A DNA stretch of 64,000 nucleotides from Octopus sinensis (GCF_006345805.1 NC_043000.1:84506001-84570000); one strand, 5' to 3'; shown: positions 39,491-53,574, counted from the first letter of the stretch. The notes: a model not told the origin generated them from the letters alone. Program-made: numbers and translations.

Positions 39491-40915
39491 TGATATCAAT
39501 GATTGCCGTATACAGCAGTTTCTGTGGTTGAGACTGCGATGCCATTTCGTTTCTCGAGTAGTTTAAGTTTATATTTGCTTATGTCACTAATACAGTGAAA
39601 AGTGGTCTTTTTAGAGGTGAAATACGTCGCAAACGTATCTGAACTGATTGAAAAGTTTATTTAGTTAACAGCATTGCCTAGTGTGCATAATATATAATTC
39701 ATTCTACTCTGTGGCTGAGCGCATGAGTCGGCAAATAGTTTTTTGATGATTGTCTATTATGGAAGTTATAGCTTCCAATATCATCTCAGTGTTGTCTCTC
39801 TTGCGTAGTACCCAGTAAATGATATTCAAATGGCTAGAATTGCATTATTGAACTATCGGGCGTTTCGAGATGACTGAGGCTTATTGCTTAAATGAGGACT
39901 ATTGCTTAAATGAGAATTTTCTACATAGCAAATCGCTGAGAAAAATGGCTTTTATACAGGCCAGATATATCACAAACATGTAGATTCTTACGTCTTCAAA
40001 ACCAGTACATATATTTTTACTTCTTCAAAACTATTAGCAGGCATGTGGCCTTGTGGTTAAAAATTCATCTCGGAATTATCGGTTTGGAGTTCAGTCCTAC
40101 TATTTGACACTCAAAGCAGGCGAATGTCTGGAATCGACCAAAGCCTTGTAAATGAAATTTGCTTGATGCAAATAAGCAGAAGCTCGCTCATTGTGCGTAT
40201 GTGTGTGTGTGGTGTGTGTGTAAGGGGAGTACTCGTGTCTAAAGTTGTTTGTAATCGTATGAACCAGTTTAAAGCTTTTGTATTTATTCCCTAAAGAGAG
40301 GCAACACACTTTTTAAGAGATGTGCCTAATCCAGGTAAATACAGCCATTAGATGAATAGTGACCGATTAAATGCGTGCCAAGTTAATAACTGGGGTCAAT
40401 TTAATTGAATAAAATTGGAAGCTAGGATCTAGACAGAACGGATGTGTTTTGGCTCGTTTCCTCAAATATGTAGATAAAAAATTTAAATACCAATTTTTAT
40501 CTGAATTTATAAATTGTCACTTCATTAAAATATATACATATAAAAAGAGATAATTAATAAAACATCAAAAATATGTACCTATACTTATTGATTGCTTAAT
40601 TAAGAAAAAGCCGTTTTACTCCAACACGTAGCACTCTCGGAAATCCAGACACAGATGTGTGTCTACACGCGTGATTGTGTGTTGATTTCCTCTGCAATTA
40701 TACATCTTGAAATCGTGGCTATCTGCACAGTTTAGAAAAGTAAGCTGGTAGAAATGCCCTGCGGTAAATGATCTTTTTACGTTCGGTGCTCAGTTTTCGC
40801 TGAGGTCAATTTTAGTGTTCATCTCTGCCAGCTCGATAGAATAAAGCACCAGTCAAATTCTGGCGATAAATAAATGGAGAAATGAACAGACAGACAGACA
40901 GATAGACAGATAGAC

Positions 40916-40956
<41 letters not shown>

Positions 40957-42329
40957 TAGATAGATAGATAGATAGATAGATATAGATAGATAGATAGATA
41001 GATAGATAGAACCGAAATGTAGATGAGCCGATAAAAGCAGCAACTGAATTTTACAAACTGACATGATGCTAACTATCACAACCACACTGCTGAGTCACTG
41101 ATAACCCCGCTCAATTTACATTCAGTTGAAGTCACGTCAACAGCCACCGTAATTACGTCCCTTCCCTATACCTTGACTAACCCTATAATGATTGCTGTAC
41201 TGGCCGTTGCTTTGACTGTCAGGAACTCAGAAGTGGTTTCCCAAACCTCTTATCTGGGGGAGAGCAGCACTGACCTTTATCCACACTAGTTCCACTAGTC
41301 ACCATCATCCGTAAGATAACATCATCTGCCACCGTCCACTCCTCCTTTCTACATGAATTGTGAATGTTTCAAACATTATTATCGTTATGCTGAAGAGAAT
41401 CTTACTTTGCTATTGGCGCATTTTCTATATCTGTTGTGACCTCTTGACATCTTTTATTATTTTTTTAACATTATAGTAACATATATAAATTTGTCTCTCT
41501 GAGGTTGTATTGTTGTATCTCTGTTACCTTAGTTTTGTTTGCACTATCAAAATATCTGCTGTCCTATTTTGCTTTTTGTAAGTGCTATGAACGAGTTCTT
41601 GTGTGGATACATTAGCTGGATATGTGAACTGAAATACGAGATATCAATAAAATTATATTAAAAATAATATTGAGTGATTTTGTATATCCATGTCTATTGA
41701 ATTTAACACATAGGAAAAGCAAGCTTACATGAGATGCAATTTTTTTTTTTTCGCTCTTTCATGTATGTATAAAGCTGTGCAAAGATGTGATGTTTATTAG
41801 TTTTATTTCTGAATACAAATCTATTTTAGCCTGGGGAACACTAGAAATTAAACAGCATTTTTAAACTTCCATATATGTGCGCACGCGCATGTATGTATGT
41901 ATTTAACTATTTTTTTACGCATAACCCATTTCCCAGAAAAGAGAACTACTGTCAATTGATGTCATGGAGACGAATAAATAAAATGGAATGACTAGGTTCA
42001 ACGTCAAAGAGACTCTGGTTCTATATTGTAAATGGAACTAAAGCATTTTTTTCCCACACAATAGGGAAATATATGTTGAATTAAGCCTTCTTGGAGCGGA
42101 TACAAATTTACGAAAACTGATTTGACAAATACCATTGGAAACTTTGAACGAAACCTTTCCTTAAATAAAAATTCATGAAGTAACATGAAATAACAACAAA
42201 CTTAACTATCTTACAAACAATTACAGCTCTACATTTCCTCCCTTCCCATTTACTAAGTAAAAGTTCACAATCTTTGTTAAATCTTTTTAAAAAGCATCGA
42301 CTATACAAGTATTGCTAATCCTCTCAAAA

Positions 42330-43010
42330 ACATTATTCCACACTGCCAAGGTAATATTATTTCATGCTACTAAGTCAAACCCTATTCTATGCTTTCAACA
42401 CAAGCCATATTTTACGCTGTCAAGACGAACTTTATTTAACGTTGCCAAGGCAACCTTATTCCACGGTGCCAACACACCTTGTTTTATGTTGCCAAGACAA
42501 ACTTTATTTCACGTTGCCAAGACAAACCTTATTCCACGATATCAAGACAAATCTTATTCCTTGTTGCTAAGACAACCTTGCTTCGTGCTGCCCAGACAAT
42601 CCTTCTTCCACACACACAAACCATAATTCACTTTACCAAGACAACCATATTCTACAATGCCAAGACAAACTTATTTCACGTTGCCAAGACAAACCTTATT
42701 CCACGATATCAAGACAAATCTTATTCCTTGTTGCTAAGACAACCTTGCTTCGTGCTGCCCAGACAATCCTTCTTCCACACACACAAACCATAATTCACTT
42801 TACCAAGACAACCATATTCTACAATACCAAGACAAACCTTATTCCATGCTACCAGGCAATCAATCATATTCTACGCTACCAACGTAGCTTTATTCCATGC
42901 TGCCAAGACAACCCTGTTTCATGCTGCCTAGATCAAATTCATTCCACGATACCAAAACAAATCTTATTCTACGTTGCTAAGACAAACCTTGTCCTACGCT
43001 GCTAAAATAA
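42330..43010. repeat. ~21-bp minisatellite (ccaagacaaaccttattccacgttg-like) with a ~169-bp higher-order duplication
   Basis: 42491-42659 is repeated almost exactly at 42660-42827; monomers are diverged. Confidence 0.9.
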
Positions 43011-43828
43011 TTTTATTCTCCATTCATTTTGTTCTCAAAGTCTTTATCTTCGTGCACACAACAAATATTCGCTTGGAGATTTCTTCTCTTGTCAATTCAT
43101 CTTGTTTGCAACAATCGGTTCTCCAATTGCGAAAATCCACTTTGGTAATTAAATTTAAATAGAGCTTTCTTATCTGGATTTGATTTGGTACATCTTCGCA
43201 CTAAATTCTTCGATTCTTATATTTACAGATACTAGTCTCATAAAAGGAAGCAAGCAAATGTGTGCCACACACGGAACCCCACTCACACACACACACACAC
43301 ACACACAAACACTACAACACAAACACATACAAACACGTACATACACGTACATACACGTACACATACATTCATTTTAGATATCTCAGAAAATCAAAACTAC
43401 ATCTTGTAATTTGTTTGGTTCATTACAAACTTTAGTGGAATGTGTCGGAGATAACATAAAAAGATTTCTTCCTAATGGCAAACACGTCTCTTTAATACTG
43501 AGTATTTCTTCCCTCGATTGGTCTCTTATGAATTATGAATACACTCAATACCAGAACGCATATACTGTATATCTCAAACTCCACAGGACGTGGCACAAAG
43601 CATACTGACAAGGATATGCTTATGAACTAATATTTTCGATTCAATTAGTTATGGACCATTATGATTTGTCTTCTTAATGGTGTCTTAGATGGACACCAAA
43701 CATTTTATCGCATAAATAAGTGTGCAAAATATTCCGCCTGTAGAACAAGGCGATACATTTGACACTTCATCTTCTATTGGTCCTCTATTGTCTCAGCTTC
43801 AGAAACATATACTAAGTAATTTACAAGG

Positions 43829-43884
<56 letters not shown>

Positions 43885-44753
43885 CCTCTCCCTCTCTCTC
43901 TCTTTCTCTCCCCCCTCTCTCTCTCTATCTATCTATATCTGCCGGTGCTATTTTCTCTCCATCCCTATCTATGGTTTCTTTCTATCGAGCAACGTACCAC
44001 ATAAGTACAAATTAAACACAGATTGTTCTGATTCACACAATACTCTCCAATTCCCCAAGTAATCTTTAATCCTACATTACTTCCAAGATTTCAATCCTGC
44101 TAACTCATAAATAGACCATTAAGTTACTCGAGTCCTAAATCAGACATATATGAATATTTGTGTGTGTGTGTATGTGTGTGTGTGTGCATACACACACGCA
44201 TGTATATGTAAATATATGCCTGAAGTTTTCATGACTTCAGCTATAGAAATTTGAGCAGTTGTGAATCCACTTACTACTCTCTTCGTACATAGAAAAAAAT
44301 AGAGGATTGTTCTGATATATTTCAAGAATCCTTGACTGCTCATCACTGACAAAGTATCCGCATCGATTCTTCTGTCCATAAACAGAGTATGTAGTAATCG
44401 CTATTTATATCAAGCCAGAAATTACCTGCCATGGCTAAACTGGACTGCATACCGTATGTTAAGCGATGGAATGTGGGGCTTCCTCTAATCAATGTCCACT
44501 GAATTATGAAACAAGTAAATGATTCTCAAGAGAGTTTAAAATTCTATAGCGGATGGTTTAAAACCCATACTTCAATCAGTTGATATTTATCTTACGCTTT
44601 CGAAGATAAATCTTAACTGCTGTGTCTAAATATATATTCTTTTCTACTCTAGGCACAAGACCAGAAATTTGGGGGAGGGGACGTATGCATGTATGTATGT
44701 ATGATGTATGTATGTATGTATGTATGTATGTATGTATGTATGTATGTATGTAC

Positions 44754-44806
<53 letters not shown>

Positions 44807-45543
44807 CATAGATACATGCACACATACAAACATAATGTATGTATTTATATATGAATATACAAGAATAACATATATACATATATATGTGTGGATGTATATA
44901 TGTCTATATATGAATACATACACGTGTATATATATATATATGCATATATGCATATATGCATATGCACACATATTTATATATGTAAGAATATATGCGTTTG
45001 CATATACAAATATGCATATATAGATATAGACGTGTGCGTTTGTGTTTGTGTGTGTGTTGTATGTATAATTATTTCGTGCAGAACGAATTAAATATGCACC
45101 AACCCTGATTTGTACATATTTATGAGATGTAAGAATATCAGTTGGTTATTCTGAGTATTGACCATTTATGTCACTTATCCATTGGGTATTTGGAGAGGTT
45201 ATCAGACTTTACACTTCTCTGGAATAAGTGCAGTTTCTCTGGTTTCACTACGTGACGTACCGATCAATAGAACATCTAAAGTTATAGAGTTGTAACTGTT
45301 GGCCTGTGTATAAGTTTGTATATGTATGTTTGTGCGTCCGTATGTGTGTGTGTGTGTGTGTTAGTGACCGTATCAGGGTATGTGTATGTGTGTGTGTTTG
45401 TGTTTCATATAACAACGAGACTGTGCTAGCACGCACAAAGAGCACTTATGAACCAATGAGTGAATGTAAGTATATGTGTCGGTGCTCGTGTGTATATGTA
45501 CATGCATATATACATATATGAACATGTGTATAGTTATATTTAT

Positions 45544-45615
<72 letters not shown>

Positions 45616-45724
45616 GCATATGTACATAGAGTGTAGATCTTTGTCTGTGTATATATATGTATTTATATATATTTGGATATATATACGTACATGTTTATGT
45701 ATATGCATGTATACATAGTGTGTG

Positions 45725-45805
<81 letters not shown>

Positions 45806-45969
45806 GTGTGTGTGTGTGTGTGGTGCCGTATGTGATATTTATGTTATCTTGTGCGTGTATAAGAACTAGATTCTTTGGGTTTTAGATGGTTTCAGGTATC
45901 ATAGATTATACTGAATCTCTGAACATGTGTGTGTATAGATAACTCGATAAGTGTACATACACTCACTCA

Positions 45970-46012
<43 letters not shown>

Positions 46013-46085
46013 CTAAATTCATACATACATATATACATGTATGTATGTATGTATGTATGTATGTATGTATGTATGTATGTATGTA

Positions 46086-46116
<31 letters not shown>

Positions 46117-46752
46117 GTATGTATGTATGTATGTATGTATGTATGTATGTATGTATGTATGTATGTATGTATGTGTGTATGTGTGTATGTGTGTATGTAT
46201 GTATGTATGTATGTATGTATGTATGTATGTATGTATGTATGTATGTATGTGTGTATGTATATTTGTTTGACAGAGAAATATGAGAAGCGAGCATTATGAC
46301 CAGGTTCTTTCAATACATTTATTTACTCTTACTTCTTTCTCTGCAACTATTTCTTGCTAGAGACACGATTTTTTCTTCATTCTATTCCGAGCTTCCTGCG
46401 AATGAGCACTATGAAAATGCTAACCAGTTGAATATTTTGCATAAGAACTCATTAACGACATTTCACAAGCAGAGAATATGTTTGAAATATCTCAATAGTG
46501 GCAACAAAAATGTCTTGAATATTACTCGAAATTCGCTATTAATGCTGCCCTTATGTCGCAGAAATGTGATTTTTGAGAAGATAATCGATTTCTTGGCCTT
46601 TTAGTAAGTACAACACAGACCTATTACGTGGTGGACATTGAATTAGATTCCTCTTATTGAAATTTCTTGTTTAATTCAATACAACTTCTGCTGCACTTTG
46701 AATCAGAACATAACTTTTACATTGTACGGCAAAGTATTGCCTATATGTTTAC

Positions 46753-46807
<55 letters not shown>

Positions 46808-47169
46808 TACGTACACATTTCTTTCCTTCTGGTGTTACACACACGTACACCCACGCACCCACACACACGCACACATATGCATGAAATGTGTATAGACACC
46901 TCTCTCTCTCTTTTTCTCTGTATATGCACACGCTCACGTGCACACACATGTATATTTATATGTGTATACCAAAGTATGAACATATATGTATAAAAGAAGA
47001 TGCCTTAGTACGGACGGTTCACTGCCTGAAAGCTAGCAACGCGTCTCGGGATCAAATCCAAGTTGTATTTCTTTCACTTATTTTGCAGCTGCTCAAGGAA
47101 TGACTCTAATACGGTATATTCCCACCACTGGAGGTTAATTCTAATCTAAAAGTGAAACAGCTGCCTTTT

Positions 47170-47277
47170 ATGTCTTCTACTATAGCCCTGGGCCAACTAA
47201 ATCCTTGTGAATGGATTTGGTGGACGGAAACTGAAAGAAGCTCGTCGTATGTGTGTGGTGTGTGTGTGTGTGTGTGT

Positions 47278-47323
<46 letters not shown>

Positions 47324-47545
47324 CGTGCTAGTGTTTTTGTGTTTGTGTTTCTCACCCACTACCACATGTTGGTGTATTTACGTACCCGTAATTTAGCGGT
47401 TCCTCAAAAGAGACCGATAGTATAAGTCCTTGACTTAAAAGAAAATAAGTACTGGGGTCGATTAGTTCCACTAAAATTCCTCAAGGCGGCGCCCCAGCAT
47501 GGCCGCAGTCTAATGACTGAAACAAGTAAAACGATAAAAGATAGA
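47170..47545 (+). mobile_element. SINE family B variant, 5'-truncated
   Basis: gtcttctactatagccctgggcc...gactgaaacaagtaaaacgataaaag. Confidence 0.8.
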
Positions 47546-47589
47546 ATGGTAATGAATTTGATAGAACGTGTGTGGAATCCTGTCCTCTA

Positions 47590-48778
47590 TATTAAGTTGT
47601 CAGATAAATTCGTTCGTTTTCTTCAACGTTATTTGAATTAACAAGAAAAATATTTTTTATTTTAGTCTTTTAATTTTTTGTGTGGCACTGCTCTTGCTCT
47701 ACAAATTTTGCTTAACCTTTTTTGAAATTTGAATAAATTTTACGTCTTTTCAGGTGTATAATAATGGAGTGACAATATCAGCATTTTCGACATCTGCTTC
47801 TCTTTGTTTCTAATCAAGGTTCCAAAGCTGCCATAGTAGGCAACAAGATATTACTGAAAGAACTGCTCAAAATGGTTCCCACGCTTCAAGGAGGGGATAC
47901 AAATTCTCCGCGTTCTAGCCGTCTTGTTCAGTTCGATCAATTGAACCAGCTCATCCACGAGGACCCGCATCAAACCTCGAGATTGGCCCAGCAGACGAGC
48001 TGCACTCATGATACCGTCGCCCCTCACCTTCACTCGATGGGTAACGTCCAAAAATTCGATGCATTAGCGCCTTACACTCTGAACGAAAGTGAAAAGCTCA
48101 AGCACTCCTCTATCCCTGGCAGTTTACTCGCTCGACAACAGGCTACTCGTGAACATAGAGATTTTTGTACCGCATCGTCATTGCTGATGTAAAATGGTGT
48201 CTTTCCTCAATATGAATCAGAGGGCAGAATGGCTGAGTCCCGACAAACAGCGTTTCGAGCCGAGCCGGAGCTGCATCCACACAAGGCAACGATCTACATT
48301 TAGTGGAATTGGGAAGAGCTAATCCATTACGGAATGTTTGAAAGCAACCACGCCTTCTGTGCAAAGATAATCCAGCTGAAAGGCATCGTGCGGTGACAAT
48401 GGCGTGCTTTTTCAACACGACAATGATCGCCCCACGTCGCTAATTTCTTTAAAACTACTATTCAAGAACCTTGCTGGGAAGATCTACCACACCCGTCATA
48501 TTCTCCTAATATACTTTCTTCAGATTATTACCTTTTCCGGTCTCTTCCTAAGAGTCTGTAAGGCGTCTCGTTCAACAACAACGTGGCTCGATGAATTCTT
48601 CCAGTCAAGACTTGGGTGATTGCTACTGTCAAAGCGTTGCCAAGTTGTTGGAAAGATAGGAAGATGCCGTGAATAATGAAGGAGAATATATCATTAACTG
48701 ATTTGTTAAAGATATCGGTGAAAAATTTAGGATCAAAATAAATGGGGGAAAACGGAAAATTTATCTGACAAACCTATA
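47590..48778 (+). mobile_element. Near full-length decayed mariner (DD34D) element with TIRs and TA flanks
   Basis: TIRs tattaagttgtcagataaattcgttcgtttt and aaaacggaaaatttatctgacaaacctata. Relic motifs HFRHLLLF, RIVIADVKW, FQHDNDRPH, HPSYSPNILSSDYYLFRSL, EGEYI. Confidence 0.9.
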
Positions 48779-48802
48779 TATGGGTAAATGATGTGTATAT
48801 AT

Positions 48803-48845
<43 letters not shown>

Positions 48846-48889
48846 TATATAATATATATGAATATGAATGTGTGTGTGAGTGTGTGTGT

Positions 48890-48941
<52 letters not shown>

Positions 48942-49777
48942 TATGTATGTCTGTGTGTGAGTCGCGTTATGCCCTTTTTTACACCAAAAATAATACAAAA
49001 GAACGAAATAACATCCGGGTCAAAATAAATATTGATCACCCAAACCTTGAAGTTCATTCACCAGTATCGAAAGAAGAATAAGAGATAATATTTACCATTT
49101 CCTGTGTTGTAGGTTCATGCCTGTTATTGACCGTTTCATTTTGTTTAATATTTATTTTATGAAGGCCGCTTTATATATTCGATGGACAGTTGTTCTGATG
49201 TCGGGTACTAGAAGTTAAGTCACACGATCATGATGATTTGAAGATGGCATCAAACCTTCTTGAAAGGCTCTTTTGATGCCACACCAAAAGAACAATCATG
49301 TGTGTGTGTGCGTGTTTTATGTGTGTGTGCGTGCGCGTGTTCAAGTCTGAAAACCTTGTGATGTGTTGTGTAGCAAATATTTGGTTACAGTTTAGAACAT
49401 CATTAGTTTATACAACGACAGTAAGATTGTATGATTCATAAAATGGACGTTGTGACACTTATTCTTTCCCAAATGCGACTTTGAAGATTCGACCAGATTA
49501 ACCACCGGAATGTTTAGCTGGTGGAAACTTCGAAATCATAACAATAATTACAGAGGAGGTGTGCCAAACAGTGATAAGTAAAATAGTAATGTTATTATCG
49601 GTCCGAATATGCTTGAGGCACGTTCAAACCGGGGAACAAGCTACTCAGTGCGTTTTGTCACCGAGAATATGGAAAATAGGAATATATTTTCCGTGACAAA
49701 ACGGAGTGAGTAGTTTGGTCACTGGTTCAAACGGACTGATAATAACATTACCATGTAAATAATATTCTTGTTTAAGA

Positions 49778-50160
49778 AGGCGGAGAGCTGGTAGAATCGT
49801 TAGCACAGCAGGCGAAATGCTGGGCGGTATTTCGTCTGCCGTTCAAATTCCGCCGAGGTCGACTTTGCCTTTCATCCTTTTGGGGGCGATAAGTTAAGTA
49901 CCAGTTACGCACTGGGGTCGATGTAAACGACTTAATCCGTTTGTCTGTCCTAGTTTGTCCCCTCTGTGTTTAGCCCCTTGTGGGTAGGAAAGAAATAGGT
50001 ATTTCGTCTGTCTCTACGCTCAGAGCTCAAATTCCGCCGAGGTCGACTTTGCCTTTCATACTGTCGAAAAATCAAGTACCAGTTGCGTACTGGGGTCGAT
50101 CTAATTGACTGGCGCCCTCCCCCAAAATTTTGAACTTTGTGCCTAGAATAGAAAAGATTT
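49778..50160 (+). mobile_element. Composite or duplicated SINE family A
   Basis: The body caaattccgccgaggtcgactttgcc occurs twice, at about 49845 and 50028. Confidence 0.85.
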
Positions 50161-50164
50161 TTTG

Positions 50165-50227
<63 letters not shown>

Positions 50228-50386
50228 TATATGTATATGTACATGCATGTTAGCATCTACATATGCCTATGTGTATATATGTATATGCAGATAGATAGAT
50301 AAATATATACGCACATATAAACAAATAACACAGCACTCTCATACACGTAGAGAATGATCGAATAACACAGGTATATATATATATAT

Positions 50387-50893
50387 ACTAGCAGTATCGC
50401 CCGGCGTTGCTCGGTTTGTAAGGGAAATAACTATATAAGCATTTTTAGAGAGTTACTTCCCTTATAGATGCCAATTCGGGCTTTCTTAGCCATTACTGTT
50501 TTGGTGTCTTCAAGCCATGAAGTCGTTGTTCTAAAAGAACGCTGGTTTCCTTGACAACGCTTTACGACGTTGATTTCCTTACACTCCCTTCCCCACAGCT
50601 TCACGAGGGAGGGAAGAAGGGGGAGAAGCAAACAGGTGCAGCTGTGAGCGTGGACGCCAACTCCGCCGCCATCGACACACGAAAAATTATGCATTAAAAT
50701 GGAATGATGTTAAATTATTTTTAAAATCGTAGACTCATCGTAGACGCGCGCTAATACCCAGACGGGCTCGATATGAATCACGACTATAAGATACCCGAAT
50801 TTGGTTAAACTGCACCGCAAAATGTGGGAGTAGCTAGGAATCTAAATCGAAGGGGACAGACACTCACACAACTACAGTTTTATATATATAGAT
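50387..50893 (+). mobile_element. HINE/DINE-1-like non-autonomous Helentron derivative
   Basis: Begins actagcagtatcgcccggcgttgctcgg and ends gacagacac...ttttatatatatagat. These termini are typical of this class, and it sits in a TA tract. Confidence 0.65.
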
Positions 50894-50919
50894 ATATATA
50901 TATATAAAATTTTTTAAGT

Positions 50920-51130
50920 AACGAGAAGATGGATTTGGTATTAATCTTTATTTTATACAACGTTCATTTCGACCCATCCTGCTACTGTCCGTTATGGCTG
51001 GGACTCCGTCCAACATGTTGTGTTGCATCGGTTTTGCAGTCTGGGTCGCATCATGTTCAACCATACATAAAGATACTGAGTTTTGGCTGTCATATTGTTA
51101 TATACCCATCTGGTTAGGGAATGAAACATT
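50920..51130 (+). mobile_element. Dispersed repeat; a related copy lies at about 58316-58600 (-)
   Basis: Shared gatggatttggtattaatcttta...cccatcctgcta.tgtcc segment. Confidence 0.65.
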
Positions 51131-51209
51131 GCTGCAATTTTCAATTACTATTATCTTTCTTCACTAAGAGTTGCAAACAATTGTAAATATAGACAAACTA
51201 TAAAATGAA

Positions 51210-51255
<46 letters not shown>

Positions 51256-51512
51256 TAATATAATAATAATAATAATAAAATATAATAAATTTTGCAAGTA
51301 AAGTAATGGATGGACAGGGATGGATTGATATACATATATACATATATACATATTATATATATATATATATATATATATTATATCATTATTATTATTATTA
51401 TTATTATGACGCGCACTCTTAACTCTTTACTTGACCTTTCCTCCCTGCCTGTCTGTCTTCTTCTCTACCTGTCTCTCTCCTTATTTTTCACCCTTTCTGG
51501 TTTCTTCCCCCC

Positions 51513-51546
<34 letters not shown>

Positions 51547-51689
51547 CACACAGACACACACACACACTCCTCCTCCTCCTCCTTCTCTCTCTCTCTCACT
51601 CCTCCTCTCTCTGGCCGCTGACCAGACTACTAAACTTTCTGCCCGCTGCTTTCAACAAGTCAACACCGACTTTCTTCTGTCTTCCGCAA

Positions 51690-52150
51690 GTCGATCTTCA
51701 TAATGCGTTCCAACGAATTTTTCCACCGTCTAGGCTTAAAAAAATGCCCTTATTGCTGGTTTCCTTGTCCTGTTGTTATTCTTTATGTGTACTGTTTTTT
51801 CTTCATTTGTATTGCTTTTACGTCCAGTTCTTGTCACTTTTTTTACCCTTCTGCAAAGAAATTTTATTTAATTCATTTTGCAGGAAGGACTTTTTCGGCC
51901 GGGTCGTGTTCTGCCCTTACCTTCGAAACACGCATTGAGTCGAACCAGGGGCAGCTGATGAAGGGGAATATTCCTTGTATTGTTTGTCTTGTACTCTGTT
52001 TTTTCGTTGTTAAAAAAAGTCCGTTTCCATGTTTGTTTTTATGTTTTCGTTTCTCGTTGTGTTCTACGTTAATTTGTGGTGCCCTGTACTCATATATATA
52101 TATGCATGTATATATACATATAGATGTAGGCATGTACAAATATGTATGTA
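51690..52150 (+). mobile_element. Penelope-like 3' fragment family; related copies at about 27680-27930 (+) and 57030-57590 (-)
   Basis: Shared ttcgaaa...(23-25 nt)...ctgatga-ggg, then a T-rich tract and gtacccatatat/gtactcatatat into a (TA)/(TATG) tail. Confidence 0.55.
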
Positions 52151-52507
52151 TGCATATGTTTTATTTATTAAATAGTTATTATATATATATATATATATAT
52201 ACATATATATGCATATATACATATCATATAAATACATATATATGCAGATATACATATATATATATATTCATATATATATGCATACATACATGCATATACA
52301 TATATGCATATATACATACATATACATATATGCATATATAATAGTTATCGCCATACTAATATGGCATTCTTATAAAAATAAGAAAAAAGCTGTCCGCTTA
52401 TTAGCTCCATGAGGCCATCGCCTTAAGTTAGCTATTTGATACACAAACTGTATCCATATAACCTTCGAACAAGAGAGGTCAGTCGCTCCACACTACTTGA
52501 CGCGGCA

Positions 52508-52549
52508 GCTACAGACGCGTTTCGGGGTATTGCCCCTTTTCAATGCAGC
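52508..52549 (-). ncRNA. Type I hammerhead motif with a U3-A8 variant core
   Basis: GCUGCA-UUGAAAA-GGGG-CAAUA-CCCC-GAAAC-GC-GUC^UGUAGC. Confidence 0.7.
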
Positions 52550-52823
52550 GTAGCCAGCCAGTAGGTGTCGCTTCCGACAATCTCTGTTCGATGGTTTTAT
52601 TTACCTAGTTTCGGTGGAATACATCCACTTGTTTTCAATAATAGAAATATTAAAATAACTATGTCTCTCTAAAAGAGAACAGCGGCAGCGTTCCCGGAAA
52701 ATAATAGTTATCGCATACTAATATGGCATTCTTATAAAATAAGAAAAAAGCTGTCCGCTTATTAGCTCCATGAGGCCATCGCCTTAAGTTAGCTATTTGA
52801 TACACAAACTGTATCCATATAAC

Positions 52824-52864
52824 GCTGCATTGAAAAGGGCATAACCCCGAAACGCGTCTGTAGC
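52824..52864 (+). ncRNA. Second copy of the U3-A8 hammerhead motif
   Basis: GCUGCA-UUGAAAA-GGG-CAUAAC-CCC-GAAAC-GC-GUC^UGUAGC. Confidence 0.65.
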
Positions 52865-53574
52865 TGCCGGTCAAGTAGTGTGGAGCGACTGACCTCCCTT
52901 GTTCGAAGGTTATATGGATACAGTTTGTGTATCAAATAGCTAACTTAAGCGATGGCCTCATGGAGCTAATAAGCGGACAGCTTTTTCTTATTTTTTAAGA
53001 ATGCCATAAGTATATGGCGATAACTATTATTTTCCGGGAACGCTGCCGCTGTCTCTTTTAGAGAGACATAGTTATTTTAATATCTATTGCGTGGATTATC
53101 CATAGTATACTCGAACAGAGATTGTCGGACGACGCCTACTGCTGGCTACGCTGCTTGAAAAGGGTCAATATACGAACGGTTGTACTATAGTAGTGTGGAG
53201 CGATGATCTTGTTCGAAGGTTATATATACATTTTGTGTATCAAATAGCTACTAAGGCGATATAGCTATAAGCTATTTTATAAGACCTATATGCGATACTA
53301 TTATTCCGGGAACGCTGCCGTGTGTTAGGAGACATAGTTATTTTAATATTGCTATTATGCATATACATATATATATATGCATACATACATATACATATAT
53401 ATATATATGTGTGTATATATATATACATATATATACATACATACATAGATATATGCATACGTATATATATGCATACATATATATATGTATGCATAGATAT
53501 ACATACATATATGTATGCATATATACATATATATATACATATATACGTGTGTGAGTTTGTCAAATTAATCTCAG

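Larger units (their letters stand above)
52341..53350. mobile_element. Hammerhead-bearing 363-bp unit: 1.3 tandem copies then about 2 inverted copies (retrozyme or PLE-like)
   Basis: atagttatcg at 52341 and 52704; inversion junction at 52822/52823; reverse copies with anchors at 53018 and 53293; (TA)-rich flanks. Confidence 0.8.

Noticed and set aside
42330-43010. CRISPR-like array (also considered for 12480 and 18575)
   Set aside because: Contiguous diverged monomers with no unique spacers, no cas genes, and a eukaryotic context.
53060-53350. Treating the last inverted unit as an independently evolved copy
   Set aside because: Dense small deletions beside near-perfect copies look like low-quality consensus sequence, so it was not used as independent evidence.
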